From: an uncultured Clostridia bacterium
GTDB taxonomy: Bacteria > Bacillota > Clostridia > Christensenellales > Aristaeellaceae
Direction of reading: 5' to 3'
Assembly: GCA_934632155.1 (NCBI GenBank)
Contig: CAKTXZ010000013.1
Coordinates: 3,158-67,157, forward strand
DNA: 64,000 nucleotides
This document shows, one piece after another, positions 42,759 to 53,072 of the stretch; the first letter of the stretch is position 1, and the number at the start of each line of letters is the position of its first letter. Under the pieces are notes generated by a model that worked only from the letters and a program-made list of their open reading frames with translations, was not told the origin of the DNA and searched no databases. The position numbers were made by a program, and so were the translations under genes.

Positions 42759-43248
42759 GAACGAGGCAACCGCATACAGTCAGCGAACGTCTGCCGTGCC
42801 CTCTTGCGCAAGCGCAAGTCTTGACGAACGCGCACCGGCGACGATCAGGAGGCGCATGCATGCCGCCCAACACGCGCGGACACGAGCCGCAATCGTCTTT
42901 ACAGGCACAAACGAAGCGCCGGCAGCAAACGACTCTGGCCGACCGGAAGCGCTATCCCTTCCCGGACGCGATATGAGGCGGCGTTCGCCGTCGCACCCCT
43001 TCCGCAGCCTTCGGTAAGCGACGCCGCCGCGCTCGCATCGCTTGACGCGCACCGCAAAGCGCTTACACTAAAAAACGGAGCAAAACGAACCGCGCTCCGC
43101 CTCACGCTTGCTGTGGGGCGGAGCTTTCCGTTCAAGGCGGCGATACGGCGCAGGCTATCCTGACCGCTGATCCTGCTGCGTCACGCTCACGCAGTCGTCA
43201 AGAACGTACGCCATGCTTTCGTCAACACGCTTTCAATTTCCCGAACCC

Positions 43249-43279
43249 AAAAACAAAAAACCCGCCATGAAGCGGGCTT
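43249..43279 (-). terminator. rho-independent terminator after rpsT
   Basis: Minus strand reads AGCCCGC-TTCATG-GCGGGTT followed by TTTTGTTTTT. Confidence 0.85.
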
Positions 43280-43295
43280 TGAAAAGAAAGCAATC

Positions 43296-43559
43296 TTACG
43301 CGTTTGCCTTGGCCAGCGCCTTAGCCAGACGAGCCTTTTTGCGGTTGGCGGTATTCTTATGCATAACGCCCTTCGCAACGGCCTTATCGATAGCGGAGGT
43401 GGTGGCGCTCAGTTGCGCGCCAGCGGGCTGCGCACCCTCCATCAGAGCAACCTGATACTTCTTAATGGCAGTTTTGACGCCCGTCTTCACCATACGATTC
43501 CGCAGATTTTTCTTTTCGCTTACCTTGACACGCTTCATGGCGGACTTGATGTTCGGCAA
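43296..43559 (-). CDS. rpsT: 30S ribosomal protein S20
   Basis: MPNIKSAMKRVKVSEKKNLRNRMVKTGVKTAIKK... The start codon is TTG, with GGAGGTGA 6 nt upstream. Confidence 0.93.
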   Translation of the reverse strand: MPNIKSAMKRVKVSEKKNLRNRMVKTGVKTAIKKYQVALMEGAQPAGAQLSATTSAIDKAVAKGVMHKNTANRKKARLAKALAKANA

Positions 43560-43606
43560 CTTCCTTCACCTCCTCACGGAATTCATGCTGATAATCAGCA
43601 TTGCTA

Positions 43607-43635
43607 ATTATACCATACCGCCGCAAAAAGCGCAA
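43607..43635 (-). promoter_or_regulatory. rpsT promoter
   Basis: Minus strand TTGCGC (43635-43630), 17-nt spacer, TGgTATAAT extended -10 (hexamer at 43612-43607). Confidence 0.6.
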
Positions 43636-43707
43636 GCCCTTTTCCGAATTTTCGTCAAAAAACTTTTGCATTTTCGCAGCGCACGGTCAAAACCCCGGCG
43701 CCATGCT

Positions 43708-45474
43708 TCAGCAAGCGCCTCTGCCGGCATACATGCTGTACAGGTGGCTGTAGATGCCGCCCTTTTTCAGCAGTTCCTCATGGGTGCCGGTTTCCTCCAC
43801 GCCCTTTTCGGTAAGCACCCAAATCACGTCCGCGTTGCGGATGGTGGTCAGGCGATGCGCGATGGTAAAGGTGGTACGCCCCTTGGCCAATTGCTCCAGC
43901 GATTTTTGCACCAGCAGCTCGCTTTCGTTGTCCAGCGCGCTGGTAGCCTCGTCCAGAATCAGGATCGGCGGGTTTTTGAGGAACACGCGCGCGATGGACA
44001 GGCGCTGCTTCTGGCCGCCGGAGAGCTTCACGCCGCGCTCGCCGATATAGGTATCGTAGCCGTCGGGCAGCTTGGAAATAAAGTCGTGCGCGCCGGCGCG
44101 TTTGGCGGCCAGCACAATGTCCTTATCCGTAGCGCCGGGCTTGCCGTAGGCGATGTTTTCGCGCACCGTGCCGGAAAAGAGGTACACCTCCTGCTGCACC
44201 ATGCCGATGGCGTTGCGCAGGGACTTGAGCGTGATGCCGTGAATATCCTGCCCATCGATGGTGATGCGCCCCTGCGTCACGTCGTAAAAGCGGGGAATCA
44301 GGTTGCACAGCGTGGTCTTTCCGCTGCCGCTGGGGCCGACCACGGCGACGTTCTGCCCGGGCGAGACATGCATGTTCAGATCGGAAAGCACCTCGTGCTC
44401 CGTATCGTCCGAATAATGGAAGCCCACGTGTTCAAAGCAAACCTCGCCCTTGACCGTGCCGATATCCTTCGCGCCGGGCTGATCCTTGATCTCGATGGGC
44501 GCGTCCATAATTTCGTAGAAGCGCTCGATACCCGTCATGCCGTTTTGGAACTGCTCCGTAAATTCTACAATACGGCGGATGGAATTGAGCAGCGTGGAGA
44601 TGTAGAGCAGATAGGCCATATAATCGCCCACGTCAATGCGCCCATCCGCCAGAAACAGCGCGCCGACCACAACCACCACAATATACATCAGCCCGTCGAA
44701 CAGGCGCGTAACCGTGCCGAAGCCCGCCATGTATCGATAGCTTTTCCGCTTCAGCTCGTAGAATTTCCGGTTACCCTCCTCGAATTTTTCCTGCTCAATA
44801 TGCTCGTTGGCGAAGGATTTCACCACGCGCACGCCCAGCAGGCTGTCCTCCACCTGCGCGTTGATTTCGCCCACCTGATGGCGGCGTTCCTTGAACGCCT
44901 GCCGCATTTTATTGCGGAAATAGCGCGTACCCAGCAGCATGAAGGGCAAAAGCACGAAGATCAACAGCGTCAATTCGATATTCATGCCGCACAGAATGAT
45001 GAAGGAAACCGTGATTTTGATCACGGCAATGAGCATTTCCTCGGGGAAATGGTGCGAAAACTCGGTTACGTCGAACAGGTCGCTGGTAATGCGCGCCATG
45101 ATCTGGCCGATCTTGGTGCTGTTGAAATAGGAGAAGGACAGCTGCTGCAGATGGTTGAACAGATCCGAGCGCATATCCGTCTCCAGACGCGTGCCCATAA
45201 CGTGCCCCTGATACTGCATGCAGTAGTTCGCCGCGGCGTCAATCAGCCGAAGCAGCAGATAAATCCCGCCCATTTTGAGCACCCACGACGGCTCGATCGT
45301 TATGCCGCCGCCCGAAAGCATGGCGCTGGCACGGTTGGTGATCTCCTTGACGATCAGCGGGAAAACGACCTCGCACAGCGTGGTCATGATCGCGCAGAAG
45401 AAATCGAAGATCATCGCCTTTTTGTATTTTCGGTAATACGGCATGAACCGCTTCAGCAATTGGAAGGACTTCAT
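43708..45474 (-). CDS. ABC exporter, fused permease/ATPase (MsbA/multidrug type)
   Basis: 588 aa: a 6-TM domain, then Walker A GPSGSGKTT, signature LSGGQKQRLSIAR and Walker B ILILDEATSALD. Confidence 0.88.
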   Translation of the reverse strand: MKSFQLLKRFMPYYRKYKKAMIFDFFCAIMTTLCEVVFPLIVKEITNRASAMLSGGGITIEPSWVLKMGGIYLLLRLIDAAANYCMQYQGHVMGTRLETDMRSDLFNHLQQLSFSYFNSTKIGQIMARITSDLFDVTEFSHHFPEEMLIAVIKITVSFIILCGMNIELTLLIFVLLPFMLLGTRYFRNKMRQAFKERRHQVGEINAQVEDSLLGVRVVKSFANEHIEQEKFEEGNRKFYELKRKSYRYMAGFGTVTRLFDGLMYIVVVVVGALFLADGRIDVGDYMAYLLYISTLLNSIRRIVEFTEQFQNGMTGIERFYEIMDAPIEIKDQPGAKDIGTVKGEVCFEHVGFHYSDDTEHEVLSDLNMHVSPGQNVAVVGPSGSGKTTLCNLIPRFYDVTQGRITIDGQDIHGITLKSLRNAIGMVQQEVYLFSGTVRENIAYGKPGATDKDIVLAAKRAGAHDFISKLPDGYDTYIGERGVKLSGGQKQRLSIARVFLKNPPILILDEATSALDNESELLVQKSLEQLAKGRTTFTIAHRLTTIRNADVIWVLTEKGVEETGTHEELLKKGGIYSHLYSMYAGRGAC

Positions 45475-45513
45475 TCGAGCACCCCTTTTATTTGTGCATA
45501 TGGTCTACCATCA

Positions 45514-46569
45514 TTACAGACGCAGCGAAGGCCGCGCATTGAGCGCCAAATCGGCCATCTCGCCCCTTTGCAGGCGATAATACGCCGCCGAGCCGATCAT
45601 GGCGGCATTATCGCCGCACAAATTCAGCGCGGGCATATACAGCGCAATGCCGCGCTTCCGGCAGGCCGCCGTCATTTCGCGCCGCAGCAGCCGGTTGGCT
45701 GATACGCCGCCCGCCAGCGCCATCTTGGTCAGGTGCAGATCGTCCGCGGCGAGCATCGCGCGATCCACCAGAAAGGAAACCACCGCCGCCCGGAAGGAGG
45801 CCGCCAAATCGGCGTCGCGCAGCGCTTCGCCCTTTTGCCGTGCGTTATGCACGGCGTTGATAAAAGCGGTTTTTAAGCCGGAAAAGGAATAATCATACCG
45901 CCCCTCGGTATGCGGGCGCGGAAGGCGAAGCGCCTTGGGGTCGCCCTCCTCGGCCAGCTTATCCAGCAGCGGCCCGCCGGGATAGGGAATGTTCAGCACG
46001 CGCGCCGCCTTGTCAAAGGCTTCGCCCGCCGCGTCGTCCTGCGTCTGCCCCAAAATGCGGTACACACCGTAATCATCCACAGAGAACAGGTGACTATGCC
46101 CGCCGCTGACCACCAGACAGGCAAAGGGCGGCTCCAGCTCCGGGCTGGTGAGAAAATTCGCGCAGATATGCCCCTCGATATGGTTGACGGGCACAAGCGG
46201 CTTATGCGCGGCGAACGCCAGCCCCTTGGCGCAGGAAACGCCGATGAGCAGCGCGCCCACCAGCCCGGGGCCATAGGTGCAGGCAATCGCGTCCACGTCG
46301 CCCAGCGCCATGCCCGCCCGCCGCAGCGCCTCGTCAACCATCCTGTCAACCTTCTCCACATGCGCGCGGCTGGCAATCTCGGGAACCACGCCGCCGTAGA
46401 GCGCGTGCAGGTCAATCTGGGTATAAACAGCGTTGGAAAGAATCCTGCGCCCGTCCTCCACCACCGCCGCCGCCGTTTCGTCGCAGCTGGATTCAATCGC
46501 CAAAATACGGATATGCTCCTTTTCGCGCAGCGACGCGAGCGCGCGCCGGCTTTCCGATTGATAACTCAT
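45514..46569 (-). CDS. tsaD: tRNA N6-adenosine threonylcarbamoyltransferase
   Basis: Start at ATG 46569: ...ILAIESSCDETAAAVVEDGRRILSN...GVVPEIASRAH...HIEGHI. ATGA overlap with the upstream gene. Confidence 0.9.
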   Translation of the reverse strand: MSYQSESRRALASLREKEHIRILAIESSCDETAAAVVEDGRRILSNAVYTQIDLHALYGGVVPEIASRAHVEKVDRMVDEALRRAGMALGDVDAIACTYGPGLVGALLIGVSCAKGLAFAAHKPLVPVNHIEGHICANFLTSPELEPPFACLVVSGGHSHLFSVDDYGVYRILGQTQDDAAGEAFDKAARVLNIPYPGGPLLDKLAEEGDPKALRLPRPHTEGRYDYSFSGLKTAFINAVHNARQKGEALRDADLAASFRAAVVSFLVDRAMLAADDLHLTKMALAGGVSANRLLRREMTAACRKRGIALYMPALNLCGDNAAMIGSAAYYRLQRGEMADLALNARPSLRL

Positions 46570-47276
46570 GCTTTTTGCTCCTTCGCCTCCGGCCTTCGGC
46601 CGATTTTCAGCCACGCGACGATCAGGCACAGCATCATGCCCGCAATGGGCAGCAGGCTCTTGCCCATCGTCTGCGCATACCAGACAAAGAAGGGCTCCGG
46701 CATCAGTCCGGCCAGAAGATCGGTTTCTCTGTCCATCAGCCACAGGGAATTACGGAAGAGAACCTCATGCAGCCGCCAGAACATGCCCGAAAAATCAACG
46801 CATGCCCAGATCGTCAGCCCCGCCGCCGCCAGCAGCAGCAGCGCCGCCGCCGCCGAAAAGCCGCGCCAAAGCCCCAGCAGCAGTCCGGGAACGCCCCGCT
46901 TTTTTTCCAGCCAGTACAGCGCCGCCAGCACGCACAGCGTAATCCCGCCGCCCGTCAGGCGAACGGCCTTGAGCAGCGCGACCATGCCGCGCACATCGGC
47001 CAGATGCGCCATTTCCTTTTCGTTGAAAATGTCGCCCCCGTTCGCCCAGACAATTTTGTCCGCCTTGCCGTCCAGATATTGCGCCAGCCCCTTTGCGATT
47101 TCCTCATACTGCACGGCGCTCACCTGAAAGGAGCGGGTATCCGAAAATTGCAAAAAGCCCTGCTTTATCAGGGCCGGATTGGTAACGCCGCTTACCACGA
47201 CGGCGCACAGCAGCGTCAGCAGGCTGACCAGCCCCGTCAGCAGCAGGGGCAGCCGCCTTGTCCAAAAAGCTTTCAC
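46566..47276 (-). CDS. integral membrane protein (TIGR01906/DUF1461-like, tentative)
   Basis: 236 aa with an N-terminal TM helix, an extracytoplasmic loop and 3-4 C-terminal TM helices. Translationally coupled to tsaD. Confidence 0.5.
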   Translation of the reverse strand: MKAFWTRRLPLLLTGLVSLLTLLCAVVVSGVTNPALIKQGFLQFSDTRSFQVSAVQYEEIAKGLAQYLDGKADKIVWANGGDIFNEKEMAHLADVRGMVALLKAVRLTGGGITLCVLAALYWLEKKRGVPGLLLGLWRGFSAAAALLLLAAAGLTIWACVDFSGMFWRLHEVLFRNSLWLMDRETDLLAGLMPEPFFVWYAQTMGKSLLPIAGMMLCLIVAWLKIGRRPEAKEQKA

Positions 47277-47409
47277 GTATGCTTCCTCCGCCGAAAAAGG
47301 CCGCCGGGCAGCGCCTGCCGCCCGCGCGTCCTTTCATGATTGGTCTGTTTTCCCCTTCAGCATGCGGCAGGGCGCGGGCAGACAGCGCCTTTTGCATGGA
47401 GCGTTCGTA

Positions 47410-48513
47410 TTACTGCATCTTCAGGTATGCCGTGGTGAAGCCCTCCAAATTGCCGTCCATCACGTCGTCGATATTGCCCGATTCGTAGCCGGTGCGATGA
47501 TCCTTCACCATCGTATAGGGCTGGAAGACATAGGAGCGAATCTGGCTGCCCCATTCGATCTTCTTCATTTCGCCCTTGATATCCGCCATCTGCTGCTCCT
47601 TCTCGCGCTCGCGCAGCTCCAGCAGCTTGGCCTTGAGCATTTTAATACACGTGGCGCGGTTCTGCACCTGATCGCGCTCGGTCTGGCAGGAAACGACGAT
47701 GCCGGTGGGAAAATGCGTCATGCGCACGGCGGAGGAGGTCTTGTTCACGTTCTGGCCGCCCGCGCCGGAGGAATGGTACGTATCTACGCGCACATCCTTC
47801 ATGTTGATCTCGATATCGTCGTCGTCCTCCTCCAGCATGGGCGCCACATCCAGGGAGGCGAAGGACGTATGCCGCCGCGCGTTGGCGTCAAAGGGGGAAA
47901 TGCGCACAAGCCGGTGCACGCCCTTTTCGCCGCGCAGATAGCCGTACGCATGGTCGCCCGAAACCTCAAAGGTGACGGACTTGATGCCGGCCTCGTCGCC
48001 GTCCAGCAAATCAAGCAGCTTGACGGTGAAGCCCATGCGCTCGCAATAGCGCGTATACATGCGGTAGAGCATGCTCGTCCAATCCTGCGCCTCGGTGCCG
48101 CCCGCGCCCGCATGCAGCGAAAGCACGGCGTCGCTGTCGTCATACTGGCCGCGCATCAGCGTCTCCAGCGCCAGCGCGTCGGTATCCTTGGTCAGCTTGT
48201 CAATCTCCGCGCCGGCCTCGACGATCATGCTTTCGTCGTTTTCCTCCTGCGCCAGCTCCATCATGGTTTCAATATCGTCGCAGGCGGAAACCAGCGCGTT
48301 GTAATGCTTGATCTTACCCTCCAGCGTGGCGATACGGCGGTTAACGTGGGTGGAGCGTTCCAGATGATCCCAGAAGCCCTCGGCGTTCATTTCCTCGCGC
48401 AGCTCCTGCAGCTCGCGCTCCATATTGTCCATATGCAGGCCATCGCCCACCTCCGCCAGCTTCTGGCGCAGGTCGCTCAGCCGCGCGGTGTATTGCTGAA
48501 TTTCTACGATCAT
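47410..48513 (-). CDS. prfB: peptide chain release factor 2 (single uninterrupted frame)
   Basis: RISPFD is the SPF motif, HSSGAGGQNVNK is the GGQ motif, and the ORF runs from MIVEIQQYTARLSDL. Confidence 0.93.
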   Translation of the reverse strand: MIVEIQQYTARLSDLRQKLAEVGDGLHMDNMERELQELREEMNAEGFWDHLERSTHVNRRIATLEGKIKHYNALVSACDDIETMMELAQEENDESMIVEAGAEIDKLTKDTDALALETLMRGQYDDSDAVLSLHAGAGGTEAQDWTSMLYRMYTRYCERMGFTVKLLDLLDGDEAGIKSVTFEVSGDHAYGYLRGEKGVHRLVRISPFDANARRHTSFASLDVAPMLEEDDDDIEINMKDVRVDTYHSSGAGGQNVNKTSSAVRMTHFPTGIVVSCQTERDQVQNRATCIKMLKAKLLELREREKEQQMADIKGEMKKIEWGSQIRSYVFQPYTMVKDHRTGYESGNIDDVMDGNLEGFTTAYLKMQ

Positions 48514-48586
48514 GTTTTCTCTCCTTCACTGTTCGGCAGAAAGCGCTTCTTTCCGGATATAGACGCGTTGACGGGAAGGAAACGCG

Positions 48587-51298
48587 TTAATCGCCGCCCG
48601 CGGTACGCCCGCAGCAGTTTTTATATTTCTTGCCGCTGCCGCAGGGACAGGGGCTGTTGCGCCCCACCTTTTCCCCCGCCTTGACGGGGCTGCGCGGCGC
48701 GTCCCGGCGCGCCGTGGGGCCGCCGTGCATTTCCGTCACGGGGCGCGCGGCGGCACGGCGCTCGGGCGCCTTTTCAATTTTGATCTGGTACAGGCGGCGC
48801 ACCGTATCCTCGCGGATCAGGCGCACCATCTCCTCGAACATATCGTAGGATTCCAGCTTGTATTCGTTCACCGGGTCGCGCTGCGCGTAGGCGCGCAGGC
48901 CGATGCCGTCGCGCAGCTGATCCATCGCGTCGATATGATCCATCCAGCGCATATCGACCGCGCGCAGCAAAATCGCGCGCTCCAGCTCGCGCATATCGAT
49001 GCCCATTTCCGCAAAGTGCGCCTCACGCGCCTCATAAAAGCGCGCCGCCGTTTTTTTCAGGAATTCGGCGACCTCCTCCTTCTTAAAGGAAAGAATCGCG
49101 TCGCGGTTGGCCTCGATCGTTCCGGCGGGGACGCACAGCCGCTCTACATATTCCCGCAGGCCGTTCAGGTCCCATTCCTTACTGGTTTCGCCCGTAAGGT
49201 GGCGGCTGCAGGCCTCGTCGATCAGGCTGGCCGCCATGCCGGCGATTACCTCGCGCATGCTTTCGCCGCGCAGCACCTGCAGACGCTGGCCATAGATAAT
49301 GCCGCGCTGCTGGTTCATCACGTCGTCATACTGCAAAACATGCTTGCGCACCTCGTAGTTGCGGCTTTCGACGCGCTTTTGCGCGTTCTCGATCTGCTTG
49401 GTGAGCATGCCCGCCTCCAGCGGCGTATCCTCGTCCATGCCCAGCCGCGCAATCAGCGGCTGAATGCGTTCGCCGCCGAAGAGGCGCATCAGGTCGTCCT
49501 CCAGCGCGATAAAGAACTGCGAGGAGCCCGGATCGCCCTGACGGCCGGCGCGGCCGCGCAGCTGGTTGTCGATTCGGCGGGATTCATGGCGCTCCGTGCC
49601 GATGATGTGCAGGCCGCCCACCGCCACAACCTTGTCGTGCTCCACGTCCGTGGTCTTTTTGAATTCGGCCTTGAGCTCGCGGTAATGCCGCCGCGCCTCG
49701 AGCACCTCCTCGGGCACGTTCTCGTTAAAGCCGGTGGCCGCCTCGATGATCTCCTCGGGAATTTCCTCTTGTCGCATGGCGCGCCGCGCAAGAAAATCCG
49801 GGTTGCCGCCCAGCAGAATATCCGTGCCGCGGCCGGCCATGTTGGTGGCGATGGTGACCGCCCCGAAATGGCCCGCCTGCGCCACGATGGACGCCTCGCG
49901 CGCATGATGCTTGGCGTTGAGCACCTCGTGCTGCACGCCGCGCAGATCGAGCATATGGCTGATCAGCTCGCTCACCTCAACGGACACCGTGCCCACCAAA
50001 ATGGGCTGCCCCGTCGCGTGGCGCTTGATAATTTCCTCCACCACGGCGTTGTATTTGCCCTTCTTGGTGCGGTAAATCACGTCGTTGAGATCCTGACGGA
50101 TCATGGGCTTGTTGGTGGGCACCTGCACGACGTCCAAATTGTAAATGCCCTGAAACTCGCCCTCCTCCGTCTTGGCGGTGCCCGTCATGCCCGAGAGCTT
50201 TTTGTACATGCGGAAGTAATTCTGGAAGGTGATGGTCGCCAGCGTTTTGCTTTCGCGCGCCACCTTCACGTGCTCCTTCGCCTCGATGGCCTGATGCAGG
50301 CCGTCCGAATAGCGGCGGCCGACCATCAAACGGCCGGTGAATTCATCCACAATCACGACCTCGCCGTTCTGCACCACGTAATCCACGTCGCGCTTCATCA
50401 GGGCGTTGGCCTTGAGCGCCTGCAGCAGGTAATGGTTCAGGTCGTTATTTTCCGGGTCGGAAAGATTTTCCACGCCGAAGGCGCTCTCCGCCTTACGGGC
50501 GCCCTCCTCGGTGAAGATGACCGTCTTGTCCTTTTCGTCGACGGTGAAGTCCTCCTCCGCCTTCAGACGCACGACAAAGCGATCCGCCTTTTCATACATA
50601 TCGGTGGATTTTTCGCCCTGACCGGAAATAATCAGCGGCGTGCGCGCCTCGTCGATGAGGATGGAGTCCACCTCGTCCACAATGGCAAAGGCATGGCCGC
50701 GCTGCACCATATCCTTTTCATACAGCACCATATTATCGCGCAGGTAGTCGAAGCCCATTTCGTTATTCGTACCGTAGGTCACGTCCGCGGCGTAGGCGTC
50801 GCGCCGCTGCGCGCCGTCCAGATCGTGCACAATCACGCCCACGCGCATGCCCAGAAAGCTGAACAGCTTGCTCATCTGTTCGCCCTGGAAGGAGGCCAGA
50901 TAATCGTTCACCGTAACGATATGCACGCCCTCGCCCGTCAGCGCGTTCAGATATGCCGGCAGCGTGGCGGTCAGCGTCTTACCCTCGCCCGTTTTCATTT
51001 CGGCGATGCGCCCCTGATGCAGCACCACGCCGCCGATCATCTGCACCCGGAACGGACGCATGCCCAGCGTGCGCCTGCTGGCCTCGCGCACCACGGCGAA
51101 GGCCTCGGGCAGGAGCTGATCCAGCGTTTCGCCCTTCTGATAGCGCGCCTTGAACTCGGCGGTTTTGGCACAGAGCTGCTCGTCGGTCAGCTTCTCGGTT
51201 TCAGGCTCCAGCGCGTCGATCTGGTCGGCAATTTTCAAAAGCGGCTTGAGCTGCGCGTCGTTGCCCAAGCCCAGCATTTTCTTCAAAAAATCAAGCAT
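48587..51298 (-). CDS. secA: preprotein translocase ATPase SecA
   Basis: Start at ATG 51298 (GAGGAGAA upstream): [18 protein letters not shown]...[20 protein letters not shown]. The C-terminal zinc motif is [14 protein letters not shown]. Confidence 0.96.
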   Translation of the reverse strand: MLDFLKKMLGLGNDAQLKPLLKIADQIDALEPETEKLTDEQLCAKTAEFKARYQKGETLDQLLPEAFAVVREASRRTLGMRPFRVQMIGGVVLHQGRIAEMKTGEGKTLTATLPAYLNALTGEGVHIVTVNDYLASFQGEQMSKLFSFLGMRVGVIVHDLDGAQRRDAYAADVTYGTNNEMGFDYLRDNMVLYEKDMVQRGHAFAIVDEVDSILIDEARTPLIISGQGEKSTDMYEKADRFVVRLKAEEDFTVDEKDKTVIFTEEGARKAESAFGVENLSDPENNDLNHYLLQALKANALMKRDVDYVVQNGEVVIVDEFTGRLMVGRRYSDGLHQAIEAKEHVKVARESKTLATITFQNYFRMYKKLSGMTGTAKTEEGEFQGIYNLDVVQVPTNKPMIRQDLNDVIYRTKKGKYNAVVEEIIKRHATGQPILVGTVSVEVSELISHMLDLRGVQHEVLNAKHHAREASIVAQAGHFGAVTIATNMAGRGTDILLGGNPDFLARRAMRQEEIPEEIIEAATGFNENVPEEVLEARRHYRELKAEFKKTTDVEHDKVVAVGGLHIIGTERHESRRIDNQLRGRAGRQGDPGSSQFFIALEDDLMRLFGGERIQPLIARLGMDEDTPLEAGMLTKQIENAQKRVESRNYEVRKHVLQYDDVMNQQRGIIYGQRLQVLRGESMREVIAGMAASLIDEACSRHLTGETSKEWDLNGLREYVERLCVPAGTIEANRDAILSFKKEEVAEFLKKTAARFYEAREAHFAEMGIDMRELERAILLRAVDMRWMDHIDAMDQLRDGIGLRAYAQRDPVNEYKLESYDMFEEMVRLIREDTVRRLYQIKIEKAPERRAAARPVTEMHGGPTARRDAPRSPVKAGEKVGRNSPCPCGSGKKYKNCCGRTAGGD

Positions 51299-51482
51299 GC
51301 CTTTTCTCCTCACATTGCATTGCGTTTCTGCGCACGAATGGCACAGAAACCCAATTTTTATTATATCACGCAAAAGCCGCCGATAGCAAGATTTTTTTGC
51401 AGAAAGCGAAAACGCTGCGGAAGGAGCGCAAAAAGGCGCCGCCGGCGCTTTCGGGCGGAAAGCGCCGCGCACGGCGCGCGTC

Positions 51483-53072
51483 TTACTTTTTCTTAAGCTT
51501 CTTTTTCAGGGCGTAGGCCAGCATCAGCACCCATGCCGCGCCCAGCGCCGCCAGCAGCGCGACGGACGTGGAGGGCATTTCGCCCAGCGCCGCCTTGCCC
51601 ATTGCGCCGCCGCCCTGCGGGTTTTTCTGATCCAGCCGGTAAAGCGAGGTCACGTCGGCGAAGAGCTTTTCCATGTACGCTTCGTCCACCGTCTGCTTGC
51701 GGCGGACGGATTTGGCCACGTTCTCAATCAGCTGCCCCGCCGCGTCGCGCAGGGAGGCCGAGCCGTTGAAAACGGGCGTGGTAAAGGTGTCGGCGGTATG
51801 ATCCAGCAGCAATTGCGAGGCTTGGATCTTCACGGCGTAATGCGCGTCGTTATCCTCGCCGCCGCGGGAAAGGTAGTCCTGATAATCCGCGTCGGCCTGC
51901 GCCTTTTGCGTGACGGGCACATAACCCTCGGTTTCGGCGTAGGCGATCTGCACGTCGTTGGTGAGCAGGTACTGCGTGAACAGCCACGCGGCCAGCACCT
52001 CCTGCGAATCCTGCTTGTTAAAAACGCACACGGAGGGCCCTTGCGAGATCATCTGCGGATGCGCGGGATCCGCCTGCGGCACGGGCCGCACGGCAATTTC
52101 GAAATCAACCAGCTGGTCGGGGCTGATGTCCAGCAGCGGCGCGTCGGGGCCCATCCATGTCGCGCCCGCTGTGGAATCCACGGCGAAAACGCATTGGCCG
52201 GCGTTGAGGAAATTGGCCGGATAGCTGGAGATTTTGAAGGTGGAAAACGCGCCGGTCTTCACATGCGAGGCGATTTCGTAAAGCAGCGCCTTCACATCAT
52301 CGTTGAACAGCAGCACGTCGCCCGCTGCGGTGGAATAGCCGGCGCCGCGCTGGCGCAGCAATTGAATCATCATATTGTCGGTGGATTTATAAATGAAGGG
52401 AATCATGACCTTCTGGCCGTTGACGGCATACACGCCGTTTTCATCCTTCTGCGCGGCGTCCTCGGAAACCTGCCAGACAAAATCCCACGTCAGCGTTTCA
52501 GGCAGCGTAAAGCCCAGCTTTTCCACATAGGTTTTGTTGATGTAGCACGCCTCGGTGGAGCGCATGAAGGGCAGGGCGTACTGCCGCCCGCCGATTTGCC
52601 CCTCGGCCAGAAACTGCGGCGCGATTTCCTCCTGCCGCGGCGCGTCAAAGCGCACTTCGCTTCCTCCCAGCCCATAGCGCGCGTCCGCCATCAGCGCGTC
52701 CAGCGGCACGACCACGTTGTTGCCTGTCAGATAGGTGGCGATATGATCGGGATAGGTGATGCACACGTTGGGCGTGGTGCCGGTGGCGATATTGGTAATC
52801 ACGTCGTTATAGATGCGGCTGTAATCGGTATACAGGCGCAGCTTTACGCTGATATTGGGGTAAAGGGCGTGAAAATCGCGGATGGCCTTTTCATAAATCG
52901 CGGTCTGGTTTTTGTTGGTGTCGTTTTTCGCCCAGAAGGTAATCTCAAAATCGCGGCTCTCATCCAGCGCGCCCGGCAGCGCGAACGCCGCGGAACGATT
53001 GGAGCCGTGGCAGCCCGCCAGCCCCAGACACAGCGCGCACAGCAGCGCGATTGCCAGCGCCTTTTTCATCAT
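51483..53072 (-). CDS. ABC transporter solute-binding lipoprotein with an additional C-terminal TM anchor
   Basis: Lipobox is LGLAGC. 529 aa, SBP family 1-like. The C-terminus is [33 protein letters not shown]. Confidence 0.8.
   Translation of the reverse strand: MMKKALAIALLCALCLGLAGCHGSNRSAAFALPGALDESRDFEITFWAKNDTNKNQTAIYEKAIRDFHALYPNISVKLRLYTDYSRIYNDVITNIATGTTPNVCITYPDHIATYLTGNNVVVPLDALMADARYGLGGSEVRFDAPRQEEIAPQFLAEGQIGGRQYALPFMRSTEACYINKTYVEKLGFTLPETLTWDFVWQVSEDAAQKDENGVYAVNGQKVMIPFIYKSTDNMMIQLLRQRGAGYSTAAGDVLLFNDDVKALLYEIASHVKTGAFSTFKISSYPANFLNAGQCVFAVDSTAGATWMGPDAPLLDISPDQLVDFEIAVRPVPQADPAHPQMISQGPSVCVFNKQDSQEVLAAWLFTQYLLTNDVQIAYAETEGYVPVTQKAQADADYQDYLSRGGEDNDAHYAVKIQASQLLLDHTADTFTTPVFNGSASLRDAAGQLIENVAKSVRRKQTVDEAYMEKLFADVTSLYRLDQKNPQGGGAMGKAALGEMPSTSVALLAALGAAWVLMLAYALKKKLKKK

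Noticed and set aside
41905-43017. 370-aa Arg-rich ORF spanning the repeat region, with a repeated PSFRAQARVEAF peptide
   Set aside because: The repeated peptide is simply the translation of the 32-nt CRISPR repeat. The middle repeat is out of frame relative to the other two, there is no RBS, and the composition is not protein-like.
47410-48513. Programmed +1 frameshift site expected in prfB
   Set aside because: I looked for the CUU-UGA-C shift site around codon 25. The gene is a single uninterrupted frame (…AEVGDGLHMDNMEREL…), so there is no frameshift here. Frameshift-free prfB genes are known in a minority of bacteria, so this is not anomalous.
48725-51496. 923-aa plus-strand ORF
   Set aside because: It is antisense to secA and has shadow-ORF composition. 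The same reasoning applies to 7548-9620 (antisense to cotH), 56951-58783 (antisense to tex), 43465-45702 (antisense to the ABC exporter), 4815-6014, 289-1389, 31881-33158 and 33013-34071.
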